From positions 192,958 to 256,957 of the forward strand of contig CAWAXX010000018.1 in NCBI GenBank assembly GCA_963786105.1: 64,000 bases of DNA, given 5' to 3'. The notes beneath the pieces are model-generated. The model was not told the origin of the DNA. It worked only from the letters and a program-made list of their open reading frames with translations, and did no database searches. This document shows positions 30,029 to 41,398 of the stretch, piece after piece (positions within the stretch are counted from its first letter, which is position 1; the number at the start of each line of letters is the position of its first letter). Source of the DNA: Vulcanimicrobiota bacterium (lineage in GTDB: Bacteria; Vulcanimicrobiota; Vulcanimicrobiia; Vulcanimicrobiales; Vulcanimicrobiaceae). The position numbers and the translations under genes are program-made.

Positions 30029-31345
30029 TCACTGATAGCTAGGGAGGCTAACGGCCTCGACGAAAATGCGCGCGCCCTCGACGCGCACGACGCGGATGGG
30101 GGTTCCCTGCGGGATGAACTCACCCTCCGTGAGCACGTCGACGCGGCGTCCGTCGATCGACGCGATGCCCGCCGGGCGAAGATACGACGCCGCCGTGCCG
30201 GTACGGCCGTGAAGATCGGTATGATCGGCGCTCGCCACGTAGTCGGCTCCTTGCGTCGCGCCCAACGCTAGCCGGCGGGCCCAGGCGTTTTCCGGCAGAC
30301 TCCGCGTCAACAAGCTGAAACAGATGACGGTCAGTACGATTGCCGTCGCGATCGTTTCAATCGCTACGAAGAAGAACGGCAATCCGAATGCAAACAACAC
30401 GGCCAAAAGCAAACAGATCGCGCCGACGACGCCGGGTATTCCGTGGCCGGGAACGACGTGCAACTCCCACAGGATGCCCAATATTCCGATGACCGCGAGA
30501 ACCAAAACCAAGCCGTTCGAAAATCCTGCGTAGACGTGGGTGCCGAAGAAGAGCGCCAGCGCGCCGACGCCGATCACGCCCGCGATGCCGTGCAGCGTCT
30601 GCATTTCGATCAACAACCCGAGCATGCCCAGCGTCAGCAGCAACGCGCTGACCTGCGGACTGGTCGCGAAGCGCGCGAGGTTTTCAGCCCAGGTGTATTC
30701 TTGCGTGCTTCGCGGCGCGGATTCCAGATGCGACTGCGCCAGCGCGGCGTCGAGCGACGGCGCGGTGGCATCGGCAACGTGGGCGCGCGCCGCATCCTCG
30801 GTGTTCAACGTAAGAATCGCTCCGGTGCGCTTGTATTGCGGGAGGTCGACGTTCTTGTCCACCATCGCACCGGCGACCGCCGCCGACCGGTGATTGCGCA
30901 GCGCGGTGGATTCGAACTCCCCTCGCAACGCCGATACCATCTTCGCCGAGTACGGAATCGGCTCGGCGGCCCCGATCGATGCGCCGGGCGCCATGACGAT
31001 GCGATTCGCCGAAAGCGTTATCAGCGCCGCGGCCGAATAGGCACGCCGGCCGACGTAAGCGATCACCGGCTCTTGCGCCGAGAAGAGCGCGTCGCGAATG
31101 CGGAAGGCCGCTTCGACCAATCCGCCAGGACTGTTGACGTCGAGAACGATTGCGGCAGCCTTCTCGCGGTTGGCCAGATCCACGGAACGTTCGACCAGGT
31201 GAGCCATGCCGTCGTCGACGGTACCGTCTATGGGGATGACGACGACCGGCCCGGCCGCGGCCGAGACCGTCGATGCCGCCAAACCGAACAGGCCCCACGA
31301 GAGAAGCACCAATGCTATCCATCGCTGCACGTGCGGAACCTTCAT
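30029..31345 (-). CDS. nfeD: NfeD family membrane-bound serine protease
   Basis: [24 protein letters not shown] and C-terminal OB-fold LRPAG. Confidence 0.93.
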   Translation of the reverse strand: MKVPHVQRWIALVLLSWGLFGLAASTVSAAAGPVVVIPIDGTVDDGMAHLVERSVDLANREKAAAIVLDVNSPGGLVEAAFRIRDALFSAQEPVIAYVGRRAYSAAALITLSANRIVMAPGASIGAAEPIPYSAKMVSALRGEFESTALRNHRSAAVAGAMVDKNVDLPQYKRTGAILTLNTEDAARAHVADATAPSLDAALAQSHLESAPRSTQEYTWAENLARFATSPQVSALLLTLGMLGLLIEMQTLHGIAGVIGVGALALFFGTHVYAGFSNGLVLVLAVIGILGILWELHVVPGHGIPGVVGAICLLLAVLFAFGLPFFFVAIETIATAIVLTVICFSLLTRSLPENAWARRLALGATQGADYVASADHTDLHGRTGTAASYLRPAGIASIDGRRVDVLTEGEFIPQGTPIRVVRVEGARIFVEAVSLPSYQ

Positions 31346-31375
31346 ACGGCTACCTACCACCGCAAAAGTCAATGG

Positions 31376-31825
31376 TTACGAAGCGCTCAGTTCTTCGGTC
31401 ACGACTTGGCGCACCAGGTTTCCGTCGGCTAAGCCCTTGAGCTGCGGCATCACGATTTTCATGACGGTGCCCTGGTTGCGGCTTTCCGGCGCGAGTTCCG
31501 AAAGGACGCTCCGGACGATCTCGCGGATCTCCGTTTCCGACTTCTGCCTGGGAAGGTAGGCCAGCAAGATTTCGCGTTCGGCACGCTCTTTCGAAGCGAG
31601 ATCTTCACGACCGGCCTTTTCGAACTCGCTCACCGAATCGCTACGTTGCTTGACCAAGCGGCCAACGACCTCAGTCTCGTCGGCGGCGGACAGGTCCTTG
31701 CCGGCCTCCGAGCGCTTATACGTGAAGCCGGAAAGAGCCGAACGCAGCGTGTCCAGACGCACTTGATCGCGCGCCTTCATCGCTTCCTTGAGGTCGGCGG
31801 TGATTCGTTCTTTGAGGGCGCCCAC
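31376..31825 (-). CDS. yqeY: GatB/YqeY domain protein
   Basis: DLKEAMKARD, KQR.DS..F.KAGR.DL..KE and YLP.Q motifs. Confidence 0.95.
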   Translation of the reverse strand: MGALKERITADLKEAMKARDQVRLDTLRSALSGFTYKRSEAGKDLSAADETEVVGRLVKQRSDSVSEFEKAGREDLASKERAEREILLAYLPRQKSETEIREIVRSVLSELAPESRNQGTVMKIVMPQLKGLADGNLVRQVVTEELSAS

Positions 31826-31836
31826 GCCAGGATCCG

Positions 31837-32007
31837 CTAGCTGCGGCGCTTGCGCGCGGCGGCCGATTTCTTCTTGCGGCGAACGCTAGGCTTTTCGTAG
31901 TGCTCGTGCTTGCGTGCCTCAGCGAGGATCCCCGCCTTTTGGGTGGCCTTTTTGAAACGACGCAGCGCGCTCTCGATCGATTCGCCCGGAGCAACGCGAA
32001 CTTCCAT
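31837..32007 (-). CDS. rpsU: 30S ribosomal protein S21
   Basis: [12 protein letters not shown]...[14 protein letters not shown]. Confidence 0.97.
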   Translation of the reverse strand: MEVRVAPGESIESALRRFKKATQKAGILAEARKHEHYEKPSVRRKKKSAAARKRRS

Positions 32008-32121
32008 TCGGTAAACGACCCCCTCTCGGCGTGGCCTTTTAAGGCGCACGAAAAATAGACCCCTCCTGGGTCAACGCTTAACCCTAGCATAGGGCGCCCC
32101 GAGCGTCAAATCGGCACCCCC

Positions 32122-32356
32122 TGTCATCCTGAGCGGAGCGAGCGATAGCGAGCGCAGTCGAAGGACGGGGTTCGGAATTACTTGCCGAACTGAGGGCGTC
32201 CGGACGCGGAGCGGCGGCACGGATGCCGGGAGCGACGCGCCGGCCGAGCAGCGTTTTCGTACGGACGCGAAAACGCGAACGTCCCGAAGGTGGCGAGCAA
32301 TTCCGAACCCCGTCCTTCGACTGCGCGCGCTATCGCTCGCTCCGCTCAGGATGACA
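32122..32356. repeat. REPIN-like doublet with 65-bp inverted arms
   Basis: TGTCATCCTGAGCGGAGCG...GGAATTACTTGCC and its reverse complement (3 mismatches); a further half copy at ~32368-32385. Confidence 0.9.
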
Positions 32357-32396
32357 CAGCTCGCGTCGCTCCGCTCAGGATAACACCGGCGCAGGA

Positions 32397-32768
32397 CTAA
32401 CCCGGCGGCCACGTCATACGGCGCCCGGCGAGCACGTGCAGATGCACGTGCGGGACGGTCTGTCCGCCTTCGGATCCGGTGTTGACTACGAGGCGAAATC
32501 CACCGGGACCGCCACGCTCGCGGCCGAGTCTCGTTGCAACCTCGAACAGCGCACCCACCAGCGAGACGTCGCCGGCGTCTACCAGGTCGCCGAGGGTTGC
32601 GTAGTGCTGCAGCGGCAACACCAGCAAATGGGTCGGAGCCTGCGGATTGAGATCCTCGATCGCGACGACGCGCGCGTCGCGGTATAGCGGCGTAGACGGG
32701 ACTTCATTTCGCGCGATTTTGCAGAAAATGCATTCGGGATCGCGGGATCGCGGCGGCGGACTAACCAT
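32397..32768 (-). CDS. Histidine triad (HIT) nucleotide-binding protein
   Basis: CIFCKI, PQAPTH and GGQTVPHVHLHVLAGR motifs. Confidence 0.95.
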   Translation of the reverse strand: MVSPPPRSRDPECIFCKIARNEVPSTPLYRDARVVAIEDLNPQAPTHLLVLPLQHYATLGDLVDAGDVSLVGALFEVATRLGRERGGPGGFRLVVNTGSEGGQTVPHVHLHVLAGRRMTWPPG

Positions 32769-34270
32769 CAGTGCGTTCGAATCGTAAACGTCCACGACTT
32801 CGTCGTCGTGTTCCCCGCGCCGTCCGCAACCCGCACCGTCACGCGGACCGGGCCGTCCGGATATGCGTACGCCGGGACGTACTGAATGAATTGCGGGGTT
32901 CGTACAGAGTCCGACGTAACGTCGTGACCGTTTACCCAAATCGCCGCAGACGACGGGTTCACCGGCACCGCGTCCGATACGAAGGTTGCGTAGATTGCCG
33001 GGCGGTCGTTGTTGATCGTTACGCCGCTATCCGGTGCGAAATCCGCAATGCCCGGTGGAACGCTCGATGCCGATATCGTCTGCGGAGCTTGCGCGACGGC
33101 GGCAACGCCGCCGTGCACGACCAGACGTCCGATCACCGGAGCTTGCGTGAAGTTCGCTCCACGCGGAATTTGGTAGCTGCCAACGTATTGACCCGGAGAG
33201 GCTTCGTGCATCGCCTGGCTGGTCACGTAGGATCCGATGTCGAAGGTCGCCGCGCCGCCTGAAGCTCCGTGAAGTCGCACGTTCACCGTATCGCCCGCAC
33301 GCAGCGGATGCGCCGTGTCGGCCAGGACCTCAATGCCGGCGGCGGCCGGGGCGGTCGACATCGATGCCACCGACCGGCTTGCAAGAACCTCGCGCACCTC
33401 GTTGCTGTCAACGTTATAGCGCACCGTTACGATATCGCCGGGTCGCAGATCGCCAAAGCCGGCCGCGCTCCCGTTGAGAGCCACTTCGGTAGTGCGGCCG
33501 GAGGCGATCACTTGCCCGTCGTTCATCACGAACTGATTACCGGCAACTGCCACGATGCGACCGTTGTGGGTGCCGAACGCATCCACGACGCGTTCCACCC
33601 GCCCATCCTTTCGCATCTCGATGCGCGCGAAATCGCCGGGCCGGATATCGCCGAGCTCGCCCGGCGTGGTAACGCACGCATTGACGTCCTGCATTTCGAT
33701 CGTGGCGTTCGGCGCAATCGGCGTCGTCTTCGGTCCGGTGTCGTAACCGAGCGTAAGCGTCGGCGGATTCGACAGTACGTCGACGGCGGCCACCGTGCCT
33801 AAGCGGGTGAAACCGGATCCCGTCGAAACCAATCCGGCCTCGCTGCGTCCGATGAGCTGGGCTACGACGGTCACCGTGTTCGTGCGTCGGTCGAAACCGG
33901 TTTGCGCGCCGAGCACGTCCGTGAAGAAGCGGAGCGGCGCGTACAGCACGCCTTTGATTTCAAAACTCGGGCCGTCCAGCGTAACGCGATTGCCGTCGAT
34001 GAGCGCGAACCGGCTGCCGACGGTCAAGGTTACCTGTTTCGAGCCTACCTGCGTCGTGACGCGATTGCCGGTACGATTGAACGGGAGGCCGAGCGCCAAA
34101 AGAGTACGTCGAACCGGTACGAAGAGCAACCCCTTCTCAAAGCGAGGGGACGGCTCGATCGGCAGCGGGTTGCCGTTGATGATGATGGCGATCGCCCCCT
34201 TTGCAGCCGGCGGCCGCGCGTGCGCAGACGCGGTCGTGGAAACCGCGATCATGGCGGCGATCGTCAGCAC
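32768..34270 (-). CDS. Copper amine oxidase N-terminal (stalk) domain secreted protein
   Basis: Signal peptide; FVPVR..L..LG and YAPLRFF..VLGA motifs; Ig-like C-terminus ending SWTFTI. Confidence 0.85.
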   Translation of the reverse strand: MLTIAAMIAVSTTASAHARPPAAKGAIAIIINGNPLPIEPSPRFEKGLLFVPVRRTLLALGLPFNRTGNRVTTQVGSKQVTLTVGSRFALIDGNRVTLDGPSFEIKGVLYAPLRFFTDVLGAQTGFDRRTNTVTVVAQLIGRSEAGLVSTGSGFTRLGTVAAVDVLSNPPTLTLGYDTGPKTTPIAPNATIEMQDVNACVTTPGELGDIRPGDFARIEMRKDGRVERVVDAFGTHNGRIVAVAGNQFVMNDGQVIASGRTTEVALNGSAAGFGDLRPGDIVTVRYNVDSNEVREVLASRSVASMSTAPAAAGIEVLADTAHPLRAGDTVNVRLHGASGGAATFDIGSYVTSQAMHEASPGQYVGSYQIPRGANFTQAPVIGRLVVHGGVAAVAQAPQTISASSVPPGIADFAPDSGVTINNDRPAIYATFVSDAVPVNPSSAAIWVNGHDVTSDSVRTPQFIQYVPAYAYPDGPVRVTVRVADGAGNTTTKSWTFTIRTH

Positions 34271-34271
34271 G

Positions 34272-35285
34272 TTACTCCAACACCTCTCTGTAGACGTCGG
34301 CGGTCGCCCGTGCGCAACGGTCCCAGGTGAGCGATGCCGCAATCTGCTTTCCTACGTTGACGAAACGGCCGCGTTGGCCCTCGTTTTGAAGAAAACCCTC
34401 CAGTAGCGCCGTGAGCTGTGATGCGTCTCCGGCGCCGAACGTCGCCGCCGCCGGCGCGAGCACGTGCGGAATCGCATCGCTACACGCCACGACCGGGCAT
34501 CCGATGGCCATCGCCTCGAGCATCGGGAGCCCGAAGCCCTCGCGCAAGGCGGGCTGAACCAACGCCCGCGCTCCCGAGTAATACGCGGCGAGCTGCGCGG
34601 TCGAAACGTCGCCGAGCGCCACGATCTCGCGCGACGCCGTCCGCCGCTCGTGGAGCTCGCCCGCAAAGTCGTCGGCCCCGGTTACATACAGATCGACGGC
34701 ATGGCGCTCCGGAAGCGCCGACCACGCTTCGAAGAGCGTGCGAAGATCCTTGTGCGGGCGATGGTTCCCGACGTACAAAAAATACGGCCGTGGGCCGCCG
34801 AACGCCGGCGCACCACGCAAGAACCGCTCGTCGACGCCCAACGGAATCACGCGCACCTTCCCCGGGTCCACGTGCAGGAACGTCGCAAGATCCTCGACCG
34901 TGCGCTCGTCGTCGGTGATCACCCGGCGCGCGCGCGCACACGCTAAACGAACGACCGTTTGGTAGTAGGGCCGGACTTTGGTTTTAAAATATTGCGGATA
35001 GCGCAGGTGAATCAGGTCGTGAACGGTGACGACCGACGCGACCGGCGCTACTATCGGGACGTAGATGGACAAGAAATGCGCCAAGTCCAGGCGCGCGCGG
35101 CCCATCGCCAGCGGAAGCCGCACCTGTTCGTCCCAACCGAAGTTTCGACCGGCGGAAAAGGTGACGTATTCGTATTCGGGTGCCACCTTCGGAAGCCGCG
35201 CCGCCAACTCGCGCGCGTACGCCTTCATCCCCACCGACATCTGGTCGGTCAGCCGTGCATCCAAACCGATTCGGCGACCGCTCAG
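34272..35285 (-). CDS. GT4 family glycosyltransferase; probable CTG start
   Basis: RIGLDAR, TVHDL and EGFGLPMLEAMA motifs. Confidence 0.92.
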   Translation of the reverse strand: MSGRRIGLDARLTDQMSVGMKAYARELAARLPKVAPEYEYVTFSAGRNFGWDEQVRLPLAMGRARLDLAHFLSIYVPIVAPVASVVTVHDLIHLRYPQYFKTKVRPYYQTVVRLACARARRVITDDERTVEDLATFLHVDPGKVRVIPLGVDERFLRGAPAFGGPRPYFLYVGNHRPHKDLRTLFEAWSALPERHAVDLYVTGADDFAGELHERRTASREIVALGDVSTAQLAAYYSGARALVQPALREGFGLPMLEAMAIGCPVVACSDAIPHVLAPAAATFGAGDASQLTALLEGFLQNEGQRGRFVNVGKQIAASLTWDRCARATADVYREVLE

Positions 35286-36025
35286 GCGCGCAACGCTTTC
35301 CGCGCGACGACGGCCGAGTACATGGCCGACTTGTATGCGACGTAGATGCCGCGCGGGCCGTCGAGCACTGCGCCTTTCCCGAAGAGCAGCCACCAAAATC
35401 GCGACGCTCCCTCGAGCCACGCCGCAGCGAGGCCGAATAACGACCCTCTGATACCGCGCGCCTCGGTGCTCGTATACGAATCGTACTTCACGCGGTACGA
35501 CGCGTAGTCCGGATAGGAGAAATGCAACAGCGTACCCGGCAATCGTGCTATTTTTCCTTGAGACGTCCAGCGCTCGTGAACGGCGGCGGTGCCGCCCGCC
35601 GCCGGACGGGCTTCCAGCACCGCACGCTCGGGGCGAAACAAGCGTAGCAGGGGCTCGTTACGCCACAAGCGCATCGGCCGGCCGCAAAAATACGTGGTGC
35701 GGCTGACGACGTAAGCGTCCGCCTCGTCCGAGCAACCGACGATCGACTCGCGCAACACGTCGTCGAGCGCCTCGTCGGCGTCGATCATCAGCACCCATGG
35801 GGTTCGCACGCACGACAGGGCAAAGCGCCGCGCGTCCACGAAGTCGGTCCACTCCCGTTGGACCACCTCGGCGCCCGCGCCACGCGCGAACTGGATCGTA
35901 TGATCGCGGGAGCGCGCATCGAGCACGAACACGTGCATCCCTCGCGGCAGGCTGGTAAGCGCGCGCGGCAGATTGCGTTCTTCGTCGCGCGTCAAAATGA
36001 CGGCGGTGACTGCCGTTGCGTTCAG
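35282..36025 (-). CDS. GT2 family glycosyltransferase; probable CTG start
   Basis: VTAVILTRDEE (partly upstream of the called TTG), IDADE, VHE and LDG..G motifs. Confidence 0.9.
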   Translation of the reverse strand: MNATAVTAVILTRDEERNLPRALTSLPRGMHVFVLDARSRDHTIQFARGAGAEVVQREWTDFVDARRFALSCVRTPWVLMIDADEALDDVLRESIVGCSDEADAYVVSRTTYFCGRPMRLWRNEPLLRLFRPERAVLEARPAAGGTAAVHERWTSQGKIARLPGTLLHFSYPDYASYRVKYDSYTSTEARGIRGSLFGLAAAWLEGASRFWWLLFGKGAVLDGPRGIYVAYKSAMYSAVVARKALRA

Positions 36026-36026
36026 A

Positions 36027-37724
<1,698 letters not shown>

Positions 37725-37749
37725 TTAGCCTTCGCGCTGCAAAAACCCC

Positions 37750-38622
37750 TTAGGGCGTCACCGTCGCGACCTTCACGTAACGGGCGCGACCGCCGAAATC
37801 GTAACCCACCTCGACGACGGGGGCCCGAAACGACCGCCACACGAGTTCGACGAGTCCCGGGATCTGGCCAGGCGCCGCCTCCAGCAGCACCGCCGCGCCG
37901 CGCTCGAGCAGCGCAGGGAGCGCGGGCACGAACCCGCGATAGACGTCCAGCCCGTCGGCGCCGCCGTCCAGCGCCTCGCGCGGCTCGAATGCCACCGGGT
38001 TCGGCCGCGACGGGATGTCCTTCGTCGGTACGTACGGCAAGTTGGCCAGAACGAGATCGAAACGGCGCCCGGTCACGGGCGCGCCAAACGGACCGCAATA
38101 AAGCCGGCAGCGATCCGCGACATTCAGCCGTTGCGCGTTGAGTCGAGCGACGTCGACGGCATCGCTCGAAACGTCGGTGCCTTCGACGAACGCTTCGTCG
38201 TCCTCGGCGGCGATCGTGCACGCGATCGCGCCGGAACCAGTCCCCACGTCGAGCACCGTCGCGCCCCGCCGAAGACCTGCGCCGCGGCGCGCCTTCAGAA
38301 ACGTCAACGCCTCGTCGATGAGGTGTTCGGTTTCGGGGCGCGGTACGAGCACGCGCTCGTCCACCGCGAATTCCCGTCCGTAGAAACCGGCGCGACCCAA
38401 CACGTACGCCAGCGGCATCCCCGTCGCGCGCATCTCGCAAAGGGCCTCGAAGCGTCGTACCGGCGCGCTGGCTGCCTCGGCCTCGCCGTGCGCGACGATC
38501 CACGCGCGTTCGCACTCCAGCGCCTGTGCGAGCAGCAACATCGCGTCGGTCCGCGGCGAGTCGCTCGACGACGAGATGGCCGCAACCCCGTTCGCGAGCA
38601 ACGCCTCAATCGACCGTGTCAT
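37750..38622 (-). CDS. prmC: Release factor glutamine methyltransferase
   Basis: PRPETE, DVGTGSG, NLPY and EP..ALDGG.DGL motifs; downstream of prfA. Confidence 0.96.
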   Translation of the reverse strand: MTRSIEALLANGVAAISSSSDSPRTDAMLLLAQALECERAWIVAHGEAEAASAPVRRFEALCEMRATGMPLAYVLGRAGFYGREFAVDERVLVPRPETEHLIDEALTFLKARRGAGLRRGATVLDVGTGSGAIACTIAAEDDEAFVEGTDVSSDAVDVARLNAQRLNVADRCRLYCGPFGAPVTGRRFDLVLANLPYVPTKDIPSRPNPVAFEPREALDGGADGLDVYRGFVPALPALLERGAAVLLEAAPGQIPGLVELVWRSFRAPVVEVGYDFGGRARYVKVATVTP

Positions 38623-38690
38623 CCCGAGCGGACGCGCCCTTCGATTCGCTTCGCTCGCTCAGGACGGGCTCCGCCGCCGGAGTCGAAGAA
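38617..38690 (+). repeat. Composite REP-like element inside the prfA 3' end / prmC start
   Basis: TGTCATCCCGAGCGG...GGAGTCGAAG with a nested inverted CCCTTCGATTCGCTTCGCTCGCTCAGGAC. Confidence 0.85.
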
Positions 38691-39773
38691 GGACTCTTCA
38701 CCCGCGAGCAGACGCGCGCGCTCGTCGGTCAACAGTTCGTCGACAATTTGACCGAGCTCGCCATCCATAATCGCACGAATGTTTCCGAAGCTCCGGTTGA
38801 TACGGTGATCGGTTACCCGGTCTTGCGGAAAGTTGTAGGTGCGGATCTTCTCCGAGCGATCGCCGGTGCCCACTTGCGAGCGCCGCATCGAACCGAGCGC
38901 CTCTTCTTGCTCGCGCCGTTTTCGATCGTACAGCAGGGCGCGCAGCATCTGCATAGCTTTTTCGCGGTTTTGCTGCTGCGAACGCTCCTGTTGCGAGGCC
39001 ACGATAAAGCCGGAAGGGAGATGCGTGATGCGGATTGCCGATTCCGTTTTGTTGACGTGCTGGCCGCCCGCCCCCGACGACTTGTAGGTGTCGATCTGCA
39101 GGTCCGCCGGCCGAATTTCGATCTCGGCATCGTCGTCGTCCACTTGCGGCAACACCGCGACCGTCGCCGTGCTCGTATGAATACGGCCTTGCGCTTCGGT
39201 TTCGGGAACGCGCTGGACGCGGTGAACTCCCGACTCGTGCTTTAGATGACGGTACGCGCCCGCGCCGCCCACGGCAAAGACGATCTCCCTATACCCGCCG
39301 GCATCGTTCACGTTCTCCGACGTTAGTTCCACGCGCATGCCCAGCCTTTCGGCAAAACGCAGATACATGCGCGCGAGATCGCCGGCAAAGATGCCCGCTT
39401 CGTCGCCGCCGGTTCCGGCTCGAATCTCGACGAAAACGTCGCGATCGTCGTTGGGATCGCGAGGGGCCATGAGCTGCTGCAGCTCGCTTTCGAGCCGCTC
39501 AACTTGCGCCTGCAACGTGCGACTCTCTTCTTCTGCCAGCTCGCGCAACTCGCCGTGACTCTCGCGCGCTAGTGCTTGGTTTGCAGCGATTTCTTGCTCG
39601 GTCTTCCGTAGCCGCCGAAACGTTTCAACCGGCGCTTCGAGCTGCGCCCGCTCCTTAACCAGCGCGGTATATCGAGCTTGATCGAAGGTACCGGCCGGAT
39701 TGGCAAGCTCCGCCTCGATCTCATGAAACCGCCGATCCATGGTATCGAGACGAGCGTAGAGCGAGGGATTCAT
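38619..39773 (-). CDS. prfA: Peptide chain release factor 1
   Basis: GGQ motif, PET (RF1 PxT) and RTYNFPQ.RVTDHR. Confidence 0.98.
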   Translation of the reverse strand: MNPSLYARLDTMDRRFHEIEAELANPAGTFDQARYTALVKERAQLEAPVETFRRLRKTEQEIAANQALARESHGELRELAEEESRTLQAQVERLESELQQLMAPRDPNDDRDVFVEIRAGTGGDEAGIFAGDLARMYLRFAERLGMRVELTSENVNDAGGYREIVFAVGGAGAYRHLKHESGVHRVQRVPETEAQGRIHTSTATVAVLPQVDDDDAEIEIRPADLQIDTYKSSGAGGQHVNKTESAIRITHLPSGFIVASQQERSQQQNREKAMQMLRALLYDRKRREQEEALGSMRRSQVGTGDRSEKIRTYNFPQDRVTDHRINRSFGNIRAIMDGELGQIVDELLTDERARLLAGEESFFDSGGGARPERAKRIEGRVRSG

Positions 39774-39827
39774 TACGTTAGAACGCAGATCGCCGCCGGC
39801 GTCGCACCCTCGGCGAGCCCGGCAGAG

Positions 39828-40097
39828 CTAGACTTCCGCGGCCTTCTTGGCGTCGCGACTGGCTTGGCGGGCGGCCGCTTCTTCCTGCTTCCTCTTGGCT
39901 GCGGCGGCACGCTGGTTGAACTTGTCGACGCGGCCGGCAGTATCGATCAACTTCTGCTGACCGGTAAACAGCGGGTGGCAGGCGGCGCAGATTTCGACGC
40001 CGATTTCGGGCAGCGTGGAGCCGGTCGTAAAGGTGTTGCCGCAAGCGCAGTGTACGCGGGCCTCCGGATACCATTTCGGGTGGATCTTCTCTTTCAC
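39828..40097 (-). CDS. rpmE: 50S ribosomal protein L31 (zinc-binding type)
   Basis: MKEKIHP, CACG, C..CHP.FTG and GRVDKFN motifs. Confidence 0.98.
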   Translation of the reverse strand: MKEKIHPKWYPEARVHCACGNTFTTGSTLPEIGVEICAACHPLFTGQQKLIDTAGRVDKFNQRAAAAKRKQEEAAARQASRDAKKAAEV

Positions 40098-40106
40098 AGC
40101 TTATGC

Positions 40107-40115
40107 ATTATAGCA
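40107..40115 (-). promoter_or_regulatory. Extended -10 promoter (TGCTATAAT) for the rpmE operon, near-leaderless
   Basis: Perfect consensus 9 nt upstream of the GTG start; no SD. Confidence 0.7.
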
Positions 40116-40221
40116 GGGCTCGCAAGGGTCACCCGCCGTCATCGGCCCGGTGCGCCCCCGGAGCGGGAAGGGAGCGGTTGCACGGGAGGTGCCACCGCCC
40201 CAGCCGCTCAAAGGCTCGGGC

Positions 40222-40890
40222 GTGAAAGCGAAATCCTGGTGGGCTACCCTCTTGGGCGGCAGCGCGATCGCTGCGGCCTTGGTGGCTGGGTCTCCCCTGG
40301 CCGCGCCGTCGGCCGCCGCCACTCCGCCGCCAACCCCGCCTCCGCTCTCCACGCCTGCGACGCCCCCACCCGGTGCGACGGCCGAGCCCGCTGCCGGGTC
40401 CACGCCGATCCCTATTCCGTCCGGTTATGGATTCCCGGGCGTGAATAATCCGGCGCCTGCCGGCAGTTCTTCGCCGACCCCGCCACCCGACGCGCGCAAA
40501 GGTCTCGAGGGCGTGTGGGAGTTGCAAATCCAACACGGAGCGAAAACGGACTACGCCCACTTCAAGCTCGTTCAGACCGGGACGACGTTGACCGGAACCT
40601 ACCTCGACGACGGCGGTAAAAGATACCCGCTGGCCGGATCGGTGGACGGCCAGTCCGTTCGCCTCGTCGTCACCCTGGCGAACGGCACGTCGCTCCTGCT
40701 CGAAGGGCGCCTCGACGGCACCACCGACATGGAAGGGCTGCTGACGTCGCCGCAGGAGCAGGTCGGATTTACGGCCGCCTACCGGCCTAAAGAAAAGTTT
40801 ATCGACAACCTCAACGCTGCGCCCGGCGGCCTTGGCGGCATGGGTGGCGGCGGTGGCGGCGGCGGCGGCGGTTACACGCCGCCCCGATAG
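40222..40890 (+). CDS. Secreted protein: Pro-rich linker, beta-barrel domain, poly-Gly tail
   Basis: Signal peptide; GVWEL...L.Q.GTTLTGTY; GGC-rich tail. Confidence 0.75.
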   Translation: MKAKSWWATLLGGSAIAAALVAGSPLAAPSAAATPPPTPPPLSTPATPPPGATAEPAAGSTPIPIPSGYGFPGVNNPAPAGSSSPTPPPDARKGLEGVWELQIQHGAKTDYAHFKLVQTGTTLTGTYLDDGGKRYPLAGSVDGQSVRLVVTLANGTSLLLEGRLDGTTDMEGLLTSPQEQVGFTAAYRPKEKFIDNLNAAPGGLGGMGGGGGGGGGGYTPPR

Positions 40891-40891
40891 C

Positions 40892-41398
40892 CTAGCGCGC
40901 TAGGCGCCCCTCGACGTACGGAACGAGTCCACCGGCATCGATCAACGCGCGCATGAACGGCGGGAACTCCGCCGCCCGATACTCCGTGCCCTTGGTAACG
41001 TTCCGCACGAGGCCGCTCGCCGGTTCGACTTCGATTTCGTCCCCGCTCTCGATGCCGTCGACAGCTTCGGGAGATTCGAAGATCGGCAGACCGATGTTGA
41101 GCGCGTTGCGATAGAAAATTCGCGCGAAGCTCTTTGCAATCACGGCGGACGTGCCGGATCCCTTGATCGCGATGGGCGCTACCTCGCGGCTCGAACCGCA
41201 TCCGAAGTTTCGATCGGCGACGATGATGTCGCCCGCCTTCATGCGCGTCGTGAACTCCGGATCGAGCCCTTCGAGAGCATGCTTCCCGAGCTCCGCCTGA
41301 TCGACGATGTTGCAGTACTTGCCCGGAATGATCACGTCGGTGTCGACGTTCTTGCCGTATTTGTGCGCGTGGCCGCGCAGCTTGGATTCCATCGTCAT
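40892..41398 (-). CDS. leuD: 3-isopropylmalate dehydratase / homoaconitase small subunit
   Basis: VDTDVIIPG, NFGCGSSRE and SFARIFYRNA.N.GLP motifs. Confidence 0.88.
   Translation of the reverse strand: MTMESKLRGHAHKYGKNVDTDVIIPGKYCNIVDQAELGKHALEGLDPEFTTRMKAGDIIVADRNFGCGSSREVAPIAIKGSGTSAVIAKSFARIFYRNALNIGLPIFESPEAVDGIESGDEIEVEPASGLVRNVTKGTEYRAAEFPPFMRALIDAGGLVPYVEGRLAR

Noticed and set aside
28765..30042. Long antisense or alternate-frame ORFs (also 604-1650, 54735-55892, 55483-56841, 59745-60998)
   Set aside because: They shadow well-supported genes, are Arg/Ala-rich without motifs, and are expected at this GC content.
32071..32412. 113-aa ORF across the REPIN (similar ORFs at 20417 and 50100)
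   Set aside because: It is a translation of the repeat (VILSGA...SRRT), not a gene.
40832..40872. GGC microsatellite as a phase-variation tract
   Set aside because: In-frame, interrupted triplets encoding a poly-Gly tail; slippage would not shift the frame.
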